A DNA stretch of 64,000 nt, taken from assembly GCF_964194155.1 (NCBI RefSeq), contig NC_135893.1, forward strand, positions 25,730,001-25,794,000, in the 5' to 3' direction. The notes under the pieces were generated by a model. It had not been told where the DNA came from, ran no database searches, and saw only the letters and a program-made list of their open reading frames with translations. Positions 1-11,864 of the stretch are shown here, in pieces; the stretch's first letter is position 1, and every line of letters begins with the position of its first letter. The DNA is from Cetorhinus maximus. Taxonomy: Eukaryota. The position numbers and the translations under genes were made by a program.

Positions 1-157
1 AGTGAATGCTGTATTGTCAGCGGTGCTGTCTTTCAGAGGAGGCATTAAACCAAGGCTCCAGGTGGATATAAAAAAGATCCTGTGCACAATCTTGAAGAGA
101 AGCTGGGGTGTTCTTTCTGTTGTCCTGGTCAGATTATCTGGTCTTTATCACATTGCT

Positions 158-2155
158 CATAAGAAATAGGAGCAGGAGTAGGCCATGGCTGATCTGATTG
201 TGGCTTTAATTCCACTTTCCTGCCTGTCCCCCATAACCCTTGACTCCCATGTAGATCAAAAACCTGTAACTCAACCATGAATATATTCAATGACCCAGCC
301 TCCACTGCTCTCGCGGGAAGAGAATTCCAGATAATAACAACCTTCTAAGAGAAAAAAACCCTCCTCATCTCCATCTTAAATGGGAGACTCCTTATTTTAA
401 ACTTTGCTCCCTAGTTCTAGATTCCCCCATGAGTGGAAACATCCTCTCAGCATCTACCCTGTCAAGCCCCCTCAGAATCTTATATGTTTCAATAGGATCA
501 CCTCTCATTCTTCTAAATTCCAAACTGTACAGGCCCAACCTGCTCAACCTTTCCTCATAAGACAACCCCTTCATCCCAGGAATCAGCCAAGTGAATCTTC
601 ACTGAACTGCTTCCAATGCATATATATCTCTTCTTAAGTAAGGAGATCTAAATTGTACACAGCACTCCAGGGGCAGAATTTTGCCATTGTTAGGCGGGCT
701 TGACGGGGGCAGTCGGAAAGCTGACCACCGCCCGCGATCGGGGCCAGACCACAATTTCAGGCCAGCGGGACAATTAAGGCCTGCCCAGCATGAAATGTAT
801 GCTGCAGTGCTCAGCGCTGCCTGTGCGGGGGAGGGGGGAGAGTGAAGAGGGAGTGGGGAACTTCGTGCATGTGGCGGGTGTGCGCTGGAAAAGCTCCCTG
901 AGGCACAGAGATGCCTCAGGGAGATTAAGGGTCCTGAAAAACAAAAATAAAGAATTTTTGAATGTTAAAAAAATATATACTCTGTCACATGAGCAGGAAC
1001 ATGTTAGGAATGAAATGTAAAATGTTTTATTTTATTTTTATTTGCCGTTGGAAACCTCATCCCGCCTGTGGATGAGGTTTCCAAAAAAGTGCAAAGGCCG
1101 CTTGGCCTTTTTGCCTGCCCGCCTACCATAAGGTTGGACAGGCAGTGAAAAGTTTAAGTTAATTAATACTTTAATGGCCTTAAGAGGCCTTCTAATTGTT
1201 GGCAGGCGTGCTGCCAATTCCCGCACGCACCCGCCGACTGAACTGTCGCGCGACTGTGTGTCGACGTCGGGATGCTTGCCCCACCTCATTGCGCGTTGTT
1301 TCACGCTCGAGCGTGTCAGGCACGTACCTGCCCACCGAGGTGAAAATTCTGCCCCTAGGTGTGGTCTCACCAATGCACTGTACTGTTGTAGCAAGACTTC
1401 CCTATTTTTATGCTCCATCTCACTTGCAATAAAGGCCCACATTCCATTTCCTTTTTACTTGCTGCATCTGCATGCTAACTTTTTGTGATCATGTACAAGG
1501 ACACCCAGATCCCTCTGTGCCACAGCATGTTGCACTCTCCCTCCATTTAAATAATATTCTGCCTTTCTATTCTTCCTGTCAGTGGACAACCTCACGTTTT
1601 CCCACCTTATACTTCATCTGCCAAATTTTTGCCCACTCACTTAACCTATCTCCATCCTTTTTCAGGCTTTTTGTATCCTCTTCACAACTTGCTTTCCTGC
1701 CATTGTATCGCGAGCAAGTTTGTCTACCATACAATCGCTCCCTACATCTAAGTCATTAATATACTCGACATCATAAATAGTTGAGGCCCCAACACTGATT
1801 ACTACAGCATTCCACTAGTTACAGTTTTAGAACCTGAAAATGATCCATTTATCCCGACTCTGTTTCCTGTTAATTAGCCAATCCTCTATCCATGCTAATA
1901 TATCACCCTCACTACCATGAGCTCTTATCTTGTGCAGTAACCTTTTAGGTGGCAGCTTATCAAATGCCTTTTGGAAATCCAAATATACTACATCGACTGG
2001 CACCCCTTTATTCATCCTTCTCAAAGAACCCTAATAAATTTGTCAAAAGTGATTTCCCCTTCACAAAACCATGTTGACTGTGCCAGATTGTATTACAATT
2101 TTCTAAACTCTGTTACTACCTCCTTAACAATAGATTCCAGCATTTTCCCAATGAT
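158..2155 (-). mobile_element. CR1 LINE 3' part (interrupted by a MITE)
   Basis: GLSYEERLSRLGLYSLEFRRMRGD and VDVVYLDFQKAFDK ORF2 remnants; splits a DeuSINE (1-157 / 2157-2300). Confidence 0.9.
671..1354. mobile_element. non-autonomous TIR element (Harbinger-like MITE)
   Basis: GGGCAGAATTTT...AAAATTCTGCCC termini; internal hairpins; interrupts CR1; homologous to 37379-38047. TSD not resolved. Confidence 0.75.
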
Positions 2156-5100
2156 AATGCTATTTGTGGGAGTTTCTTGTGCACAAATTGGCTGCTATGT
2201 TTTCTACATTACAACTGTGACTATACTTCAAAACTGCTTCGCTAACTGTAGAGTGCTTTGGGGCATCCTGCAGTCATGAAAGGTGCTATATGAATACAAG
2301 TTTTGTTTGTTCTTTATAGGGTAAGGATAGGATAGGGTTCAGCTGTGATGTAGCTCAAGAATGGTCAGGTTCTAAAGGTTACTGTGTAGACTCGCACAGG
2401 AAGACTTGGTCCTTTGGGAGGGGCACAACCATATTCCGACAAAGGTAACCCACTTCAGGAGTTGAAAGAAATTTGAGAGATTGGGAAGAACAAAACAAAG
2501 AGCTGGGATACTCCAGAATAAGGTGGTCCATTGGTATCTCCCTGGAGTACACGTGATGGAATTATTGCCCTCAGTTCATTTTAAACTTTTAGAATTTAAA
2601 CAAGTGTGTTTCAAAAAGAGCCATAAACAAAAACAGCAAACACTGTAAATTCACAGCATTTGAAAGAGAAAGAGATTGGGGCACTGGTGAAAATCAGAGT
2701 AGTGCTAGACCTGCAAGAGATCAGCTCTCCACAGACCAAGCATGGATCCTACTTTTCCTGGTCAGTATAGCTCACTGCCACATTGGACGATACAGTCAAT
2801 GAATTTCTTAAACAGGAAGACCATCACTATCGCCTTCCAAAGGGTCTCCCATTTGTATTTGATTTCTGATTGACGCAATGTAAATGAATCTGCCTCAGAT
2901 GGGGTTTCTTAAGTAAGTGAATCTAGTGTACACCTGTTGTGACAGCTAGTAAGAGCTTTTTTAAGATTGACTTTCCAATGGATTACACAGCCAGATATAA
3001 TATGCTGATATATTTAGGATTAGTTCATACTGAGTCAGTATTTGACTGTTGAGAGTTGCTTTCTTGTTCATTATCCAGCGACCTTTGCCACAGAATGTAT
3101 TGATACATATATCATGTGTGTGAACAATCATTGGATGAGAACAGAAACCTGGATATCCTAAGTCGGATTCCTTCACAATGCGAAGGAGGGAGTCAATAGA
3201 CAAAAAAAAAGGCAAAGTCCATGATTATTCCCATAAAACAGTAAGACTGGCTTTTTGCCAACAACAACTTGTTTAGGTTAAAGATACCCCAAAGGACCTC
3301 ACAGGTAGAGTTTTGAGAAGTTTTTAAAAGGAGAAAAAGAGCGATGGAAAAATTTGACAAAAGAGTTTGTATGGCAGAACCCTGATGACTGGGGGTTAGG
3401 TGATGATGGAGTGAGGGGAGGGAGGATGCACAGAAGGCTTTATAATTCTTACCCTGTTTGAATTCCAGGTTTGGAAAGTGCTGTTGCCTCAATAAACCCT
3501 AAGCATGAACACTGAGATCTGTTTTCCAACTGCTGTTTGACATCTATGCAATTAGATCATACTTTCTTCAGCCTCAGAATAGTGGATTTAGAACAGATTC
3601 TCAGCTAGAGCAGTTAGAGATTTAGTCCTTCAAAAAGGATAAATCCCTGGTTGGGCATGGGATTGGAGATACAGACTGTGATGATCAAATGATAATTCTG
3701 CTGCTGCTGGTTTGGAGGATGGGAGAACGCTGCTTATTGGAGGGAGCAGGACCAGTTTGAAAGTGGGGTTGAGGATGAAAGAACATTCCGAAGTTTTGCT
3801 TGGTTCCCATTGGGAATCTGGAAGGATATACACAACAACATGCACTTATATAGCGCTTTTAACATAGTAAAACATGCCAAGGTGTTATCAAACAAAATTT
3901 GATACCAAGCCACATAAGAAGATAGTAGGACAAGTGACTGAAAATGTGTACGAAGAGGTAGATTTTAAAGACCATCTTAAAGGAGGAGGGAGCAATAGAA
4001 AGACAGAGATGCAATGGGACAGAATTGCAGAGCTTCAAGCCCAGGCACCTGAAGGCAGGTCTACCAATGGTGGAGTGATTAAAATCAAGAATGGATAAAG
4101 TGCAGATTGGAGGAGTGCAGAGATGGAGATTAAATGGTTGAGACAGAGTTTATAAAAGTTTAGATTGAGCACAACCCTGTGGAAAGAACCTAATGGGCCA
4201 AATTGTCATTCCACACATTCTGAAGTCCTTATTCTTGTGATAATCATGTCATCCTTAATCTAGGTTGCATGGTCGTAGGACTCTATAAGCATATTGTATA
4301 TTGAAGGACACAAAGATGAAGATGGTGTTACAGATTGTCTGGTGTGAAGCTGCATTTAATCCTCTCACATCAGACATTGAACACTCTTTAAATGGTGACT
4401 GTACGTAGGACGAGAAATAGCCATTCAGCTTCTCCCTCTAGTTCTCCCTCCTTCTGACACTCCAACTTTCTCATCAAAGCTCATCTATTCTGCTACCCTA
4501 AATCCAGTGATGCTTTTTCTCCACAACTCTGTATTTCAAACATTCGTCACCCTTTCATTACAGAGGGGATCATCCATTGAGTCTAAACTACAGGGCTAAA
4601 AATATTCACTGTCTTCTTGAGGGATTTGTCTTTATGGAAATTGGAAACATCCTTTAATCCCAGGATTATATCAAATAAACACAGGTATTGCAGTTGAGCC
4701 ATTAATACTATTACTGGGATTCTGTCCTTTGTTCTTTGAGTCCCAGGAAGAATGAATTCTCAAAAATATCCTGCCTACCTCAGCGACATTTGAAGGTGAA
4801 AATTTTCTTTTCTCCAATTTCCTCCATGTTACTTCTGGGTGTTTTTGATACGCTTGGAGCTACCACTGCAATAGCTAGAAATAGATTTTACACTGATACA
4901 ACTGGAGGCCTACAATTTGCCCCAAATATCATAATTATAGGTATAATCGGGTGCACATTTGGACGATAGTGCAGGATGCACTCTGGTAGTGGGAGTGTAA
5001 AATTACATGTGAAAGAAATTTAAAGAGAAGGGCCAATAAATGTGGCATGTCCCCAGAGCGTCACAAAAGTTCTGAAAGCCTTTGGCGGGGCTCAAAGTCA

Positions 5101-5349
5101 CCACAACTTGTTAACAGTGTTCGGCAAGGCCAAAGGTCAAGGAGGTGAAGGAAAGAAAGGGAACCAAAAGGTGCAGGCGTGAGTCTGACAGATCAAGCTG
5201 GAACTGAACCCCCCACGCCGCCCCGGTTTGCTGATGTAATCGTGGTGCTGCATGAGTTGATTATGAGGCGGGCTGTCCTCTATACCGCCGCAGAGCATTA
5301 CCCACTTTATCCAGCGCTGCAGCATGCCTGCCAGTGGAGGGAGCCAAAT

Positions 5350-5828
5350 TTCAGGTTGCATCTGACCATTGCTCCAAGTTGGGTTTGCAGGCCGTAGATC
5401 TCGTGGCAGTATATGGCACAGGTCTGCATCTGGCTGTAAAGTGGGTTCCCCACAATCATTGCCAGTAGCTGTAGAGATAGGTGGGCTTGTACTGAGCACA
5501 GTGAGCACTGGCTGATAATCATCCTGCCAGGCCTTCTTTCCTGCGATGGCACCGAAAGCAGAACATAAGGCGATTGAGGTGCTTCCGAGGAAATACCCAA
5601 CGCTGGGATTAGTCAAGGATTCCAATATCTTTTAATGGTGCCGACTGATCTTCCATCTGAGTTTCTTTGGGAAGAGAAGCCTCCATCTGTGCTGATCAAC
5701 TGTCAGGGTGACGTACACTCATCCCTGCCTATGCTTGTGTCTGTGGACACTGCGGGGGGTGGATTTGTAGCAGTTCTCAAGTTGCCTGGCCCATGTGGTG
5801 TTTCTCCACTGGTCTTTCTTCTCCAAGC
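5350..5828 (-). pseudogene. disrupted downstream exon of the TMEM151-like remnant
   Basis: ttgacag acceptor in a compatible phase (R-LGEERP), in-frame TGA at 5777-5779. A shifted frame gives CYKSTPRSVHRH and IALCSAFGAIAGKKAW (5527-5574), with further stops. The left boundary is approximate. Confidence 0.35.
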
Positions 5829-6158
5829 CTGTCAAATAAGGAGGCTCCCATTGGGGAACCCTTTCCAGTCAGTAATTGTGCTGTGGTCAAAAATAAATTG
5901 CAAATCTCAGTGGAAAGAAACCCAAAAACGTGAAGGAAAATGGTTCACAAATGCTTGAACATTTAAACTAACAGTACTGCGTCCTCTAAAAACACCTTTT
6001 GTACTCTCAGCATTACCTAGCAGTCCTGAATGTTCAGGGCATTGAGAGGATGTGACATGCAGGATATCCAAACTCCCGAATTAATAGGAAAATGGAACTC
6101 TCACCTACTTTGAAGCAGCCACTTTTCACACTGGTGTCCCCCCACCAACAGTAACAGT

Positions 6159-6285
6159 GGGCAGAATTTTACAGCCCCTCCCGCCCACCCGATTTTCCGG
6201 TCCCACCAAAGCCAATGGACTTTTGAACAGCTCGCTGCATTTCCTGGCCCCGCCCCTGCCGAGGTGGGGCTGTAAAATTCCAGCC
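6159..6285. mobile_element. short MITE with related TIRs
   Basis: GGGCAGAATTTTACAGCCCC...GGGGCTGTAAAATTCCAGCC. Confidence 0.65.
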
Positions 6286-7085
6286 AACGTGTGAAACAAA
6301 GTGGGCAGGGATTTGACCAAACAGATCTCCACCACCTCCGATCAGGAACACTCAGTTAGCATTGATTGGAAGGTCTAGGTTGCTTCTTGTCGCCTGGAAG
6401 GTCATTCGTCCTCCAGCACCTCACACAAATCACCGTTTTTCATGTGTGAGTTCAAAATGACAGCAACTTGTATTTAAATGGGGCCTTTCACGGAAAAAAA
6501 GAAACGTGCCTGTAGATGCTTCACCGAAGTGAATAAAACAAAAGCAGACACCTAGTCAAAGACATGGATCCTACGAAGGGGCTTAAAGGACGAGAGAGAA
6601 TTGGAAGTGGTAAGGAAATTTAAATTGATGGGAAACCTGAGGCAAGGTCAGTGAGGGTGAGGTAATGGATGAGCGGGATTGAAGGAAGGATAGGATTCGA
6701 GCAGCAGAGTTTTGGATGAACCAAGCTTATTTGGTGGGTGGATGGGAGGGAGATGGTCAAGGAGAGCATTGAAGTAATCAGACAAGTCACCAGGATTGAA
6801 GAACTCAGGACTTCCTCAGCCTGTGTGACTCTCTGCCACGTTTAGTGGGAGTGGCTGAGGGGGGTTTGGGGTGGTGGTGTACAGTCCCTGAATTCTGAGA
6901 GGAGGAAAACCATCACCATCTCCTTCAGAAGGGTCCCCTCACTGTATTTGATTTCTGCTACACACAGCAACTTCATTGGTGTGAGATGGGGGTTTCTTCA
7001 GTGAAAAAATTCAGTCTGCAAATTTTTGTGACAAAGAGTGAGATCTTTGGTTTGAAACTTTCACAGTTGCAACAGGCATGTTTAC

Positions 7086-7493
7086 CTATCAATGACTCGT
7101 TCACACAAAAAAATGAAGTAAGATTCGCGAGAGATCATGTAAAATACCTCAAACAGGTACAGTGCAGACAAAGGGCAACCAATTGTTATATAGAAGCGGT
7201 TGCTTCCTACAGACAGTCTGCTGAAATTCCCAATTCCAACTGCTTGAAGCCCCACTGTCAGGAATGCTGTAACACTGAATGCCAGTGTACAAGCATATGC
7301 TTGCAATTGCCCATACAGTGAGTTCCTGGTTTTGTCCCACTTATATAATGGAGGTTTAGGCACCAAATTGTAGCCGAACTCAACATAGGTGCCCTTGACA
7401 ATGGTATATAGAAGTGATTCATGATCCCGTGTTCCCAAGCTGGAGCTGCATGGATCATCTAACCAGGGTTCCAGTGCAATAGCCCCATGCTCC
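7086..7493 (-). pseudogene. exon of a divergent TMEM151-like gene (open frame, two hydrophobic segments)
   Basis: ctctcag acceptor and AG|GTAAAC donor around 135 open codons, including YACTLAFSVTAFLTVG and SNRFYITIGCPLSALYLFEVF...ERVIDR. Resembles recalled TMEM151 segments (KCLLLSLL, SNGYVYIP...AVYLVE...ERVGR). Confidence 0.45.
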
Positions 7494-8120
7494 CTGAGAG
7501 TGCAGGTTCCCAGTCAAAAATCTGGGAGCATGAATCATCCCATGTACAAACCAACAGAAATCCAAAGGCATTGAATCATGAATACAAACAGTTGCTCAAA
7601 AGTTATGGATGCACCTTTACCATTCTGGACAGAGACATTTCCCAAAGTTATAGGGAGAGATCCATACCGGCTGACATTGGGAATCATATTACTGAGCTGA
7701 CAAGTGGTCAGAGCTTCTTAAAGGAGAATTAACATACCCACGCCCCCAGTCCTCCTGACACAAACTTAGGAATGATCACTGACAACTTTAGTGGGTGAAT
7801 GCATTGATCTATCCATCTCTTAAACAGAAGCATCGACTGGTCATTTTTAAAATAGCAGACAGAAGAATCCCATACAAACACAATTAGTTTTCACTTTCTA
7901 ATATCACCAACAGTAATTTCTAGTGTATGGTGCCTTTTCCACATCTCACTCACATTCCAAAATAAAAACTCATAGGCACTCTCTTAAAGTAAGAGAAAAT
8001 GGGGGCAGTTTTCAACTTTAGTAGCTGTGTGGTCATAAAACAGCTGCCTGTATACAGTGCACAGAGGAAATTCAGTCAGGGGGGTTTGCACACCTAACTC
8101 ATCCAATTAACCTCTCTGTA

Positions 8121-9558
8121 TTGCTGAAAAAAGAGACATGTCTAAGCTTTTAATCTTGCACTCTTCAGGATACTCACAAGAATACCAACATAAGGGGAAA
8201 ACAACAATTTATACCATGTGTGAAGAGAGTGCTGATTGGTTGGCAAGTGGCTTTGCCATGGAGAATGCACCAATGATGGTGACTGACAGTTAACTGCTGA
8301 GCATTTTGAAATTTAAACCAGGCAACTTGACCTTGATTGGTCAAGGCATTGCCCTGAGGAATGAGTCAGCGAATGACTGTCACTTATTTTGTTTAGCTGA
8401 AATGGGTGCAATGTGTGTACATGTTCTTTCTTTCTGCAAAAAACAGGGCCCTGTGTATTCATATATCTAACCTCCAGTACACACAAATGCGCCACACTGC
8501 AACCCGACTGATAATCTTAAATTGTTTGTCAGCGTAATTCTTAGCACACTGAGGATTATTTAGCAAATGTTGTCCAATCACAGAATCACATCTAATGTTG
8601 GGCACTGTGTTTTGAGTTTTGCAAGCATGGGCTGGTTGGGTAAAGTCTGTACCCTACCCATTGTGAACAGTGGCTGGGATATATTGTTTTTTGTTATTCA
8701 ATCATGGGATGGGGATGTCGCTGGCTAGTCCAGCATTTATTGCCTAATTGGCCTGTTCAGAGAGCATTTAAAAGTTATCCACATTGCTGTGGGTCTGGAG
8801 TCACATGTAGGCCAGACCAGGTAAGGATGGCAGATTTCCTTCCCAATAGGACATTAGTGAACCAGATGGGTTTTTACGACAATCGGCAATGGTTTCATGG
8901 TCATCATCAGACTTTTAATTCCAGATTTTTATTGAGTTCAAATTTCATCATCTGCCATGGTGGGATTCAAACCCTGGTCCCCAAAGCATTACCCTGGATC
9001 TTCTGGAATACTACTCCAGTGACAATACCATAATGCCACCACCTCCCCCATATGATCATTTGATAGGATCCGCCAGTCTTTTGGACATACGGTTGGATTG
9101 GACAACATTTGCTAAATAACCCTCAGTGTGCTAATAATTACGCTGACAACCAATTTAAGATTGTCAGTTGGGCTTGCAGTGTAGCGTGTTCTCGAAGCTA
9201 CATATATTAATACAGACAAAAAGAAAGTGTACACACATTGTGCCTGTTTCAGCTAAACAAAATAAGTGACAACCATTCACTGACTCATTCCTCAGAGTAA
9301 TGCCTTGACCAATCAGGGTCAAGCTGCTTGGTTTAAATTTCAAACAATGTTTGGCAATTAACTGTCAGTCACCATCACTGATACATTCTCCATGGCAACA
9401 CCATTTGCCAACCAATCAGCACTCTCTTCACACGCGGTATAAATTGTTGTTTTCCTATTATATTGGTATTCTTGTGAGTGTCCTGATGAGTGCAAGGCAA
9501 AAAGCTTAGACATGTTTCTTTTTGCAACATTACTCAAGTTCTGTACTACCAAACGACT
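8121..9558. mobile_element. second Penelope-like family: inverted pair of 3' ends
   Basis: 8121-8580 is the reverse complement of about 9095-9530; encodes a GIY-YIG C-terminus (HLCVLEVRYMNTQGPVFCRKKEHV); flanked by ATTAA(C/T)CTCTCT at 8106 and 9559. Confidence 0.75.
8695..9045 (-). mobile_element. tRNA-derived SINE inserted between the inverted Penelope-like arms
   Basis: Colinear with 32545-32910. Confidence 0.75.
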
Positions 9559-9708
9559 ATTAATCTCTCTATGTTGGGCACAAGCACAGAGTTAAACCCA
9601 GGTACTACAAATAAAACCCCTGGATATCCATGAAGCAGACAGCAGCCAAAAACAAAACTGAATGGACTTGAAAGAAATTCAAAGGACTTCCTCCACCATT
9701 CTGAGTAC

Positions 9709-9783
9709 AATATTTTGCACCAAGGTAGGGGACGTATCAGATATTAAACTGATAAGAACATGTGCTACACATGATCGGAGCCC
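9709..9783 (-). pseudogene. U2 snRNA fragment
   Basis: 31-nt match to recalled U2 (TGTTCTTATCAGTTTAATATCTGATACGTCC, 9730-9760) with decayed flanks; the branch-point pairing sequence is mutated and both ends are missing. Confidence 0.85.
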
Positions 9784-11792
9784 AGCCCTCTCCATCTCTC
9801 TATAACTGGGAGCTGAGTACTAACTTTCATTAAATAAATCTTCAACCTTTAGTAAGCAAGCAGAGTTACTGGGTTACACACAGCACTGACAGCCATGAAT
9901 TGTTCAGGATCATTCAATATGACAAAGTGCTGAGTGGTTGGATCAGAGGTTTATTAAGCCTGCCTGAATGTGCCAGGTGTGTTAACTTAGAGATAGCATC
10001 ACCTGTTGAAAAGTGGGAAATGGCTATAAATCACCATAATGAGTGTGTGTGGACGACAAATTCCTTATAACCAGTATTCCTAATCACCTAATTGATGGCA
10101 TCAAGACAAGTTGTTCCCTACCGCCCCACCCCCACACCCACCCCCAACCTTTGTTTATCTGTTTAAATTGCACTTGTTAGCCGCAGTGAGTTTGAGACAG
10201 CAGAAACTTAGCCTAATTGGACATTGTTATCTTTGGCTCCCTGTAACAAACCCAGCTGACAGTAAATCTGATGACCTAATGATTGAGTAGTTGGCACCAG
10301 CAGTGCTGCGTCCTTTAGCAACCTAACATCAATCAAGTAATAGCTTTATGCAAATGAAGTGGAAAATTTTCTCTCTGACCATTTTCCAAAGGTCACATTC
10401 CCACTTCGCACCTCGCTTAAGGACCTTTTTCGGGAATGCTCTTGGAAGTGATATGGGCTGTGGGTCCTTGTCCACGATTCCTGACATAATGAACTCCTGA
10501 CATGAATGATGCTGCCAAGCAGAGGCCCAAAATATTCTCACAGAAAGAGAAAAAAAATAAATGACAGGGCAAATAGTTGTAAAATTTTACTTTGAAATGG
10601 GCTTACTCTATGGAAGTTGAGATTCATTTGTCCCTTAACCACTTTCCTTTGCATTCTAGCACTGGCGAGAATGAAAGAGAGGGAATAGCCCCAAATTCCA
10701 GGCCAGTCATCATTACATCTTGGCAGGTCTTGAACAGGGCACTAGAAACACACAGAGTGAATCACCCCCAAGGTGAGAGTTGAACTGAAGATGGGCCACA
10801 ATTGGTCCCTGGCTGTATTAGGAACTCCACAGATGAAGGAGTTACCCATTGCAGTTGTGAATAGTGGACTACTGGCAGCTATTGGTGGGCTGATTGTCTG
10901 AACGCTCAGTCAACAGGCAAGGCTTTGTGCCTGATTGGACAATCAGCCCTCATGTTGGGATGTACTGAGTAAACAGCCTGAAGCGGGATTGGCCAGTGAA
11001 ATAGGTTATCTTTCACCGAGAATTACTGCTGACAGTACAGAATTTGTGCTCCAGGAACCAGCTCCACAAATACCTCTCTAAATATAAAAGCAGATCTACT
11101 ATTCTCTAACTTCCAGTTTGCTGCCATCTCCTTTATTGATTTCCCCTGCAACTTCCAGTTCTTTAATCAACTGCTGGTGGACAATTCTCTACCCCCAACA
11201 CCCACCTTTCATTTTGTTTTCTCTCCCTTGAAGGTTTGACACCTGCTGGTTACATTTCTGTGGGCATCTCCAATCGTCCAATACCTGTGACCATCTGCCA
11301 TGCCTAAATCTAGCCACTGACCATCGTTGAGCTCAATGTTACCTTTGCCCTAGGACTTCACAAACACATTTTTCAGGGGGTGGAGGTGGGGGGTGATGCA
11401 GAAATTACTGAATAGGACTGGGTACACTGGCTAACTCTCTTTCCTTCGGACCAGTGACAATGAAGCTAATGATTATGTTCCTATTACCAATCCATGAACA
11501 GTAAGTTGGAGATTGAATTGGGGATCTTCCTGGTCTACACAGTTCAATGCAATTACTCACTGAGCGATCTCTGTAGCTCCTTGCTTCATTTTACTTTTCT
11601 CTGGCTTTTCCTCTTATTCATTGCTTTCGTTTTGTCATTTTTTTATATGCCCCTTTTCTCCGGTTTTCACTTTGATTTGTGAGTTCTCTGTTGCTCTCAC
11701 ATTCTGTCATCCATTCCCAGCATGAGCTGTTGCGCTTTCTTAGTTACACGGTATCTCTGATGCAATCACAGATTTTTCCTTCATTGCAGTCT

Positions 11793-11864
11793 GTTCCTCT
11801 CCATCCCAGTGTTCCTCTCCATCCCAGTGTTCCTCTCCATCCCAGTGTTCCTCTCCATCCTAGT
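11793..11864. repeat. 18-bp tandem repeat x4 (GTTCCTCTCCATCCCAGT)
   Basis: Directly visible. Confidence 0.95.

Noticed and set aside
2961-4969. Short exon-like ORFs (2961-3215, 4780-4875)
   Set aside because: No recognisable homology and no consistent splice chain.
11793-11864. CRISPR-like regular repeats
   Set aside because: Head-to-tail tandem repeats without spacers in eukaryotic DNA.
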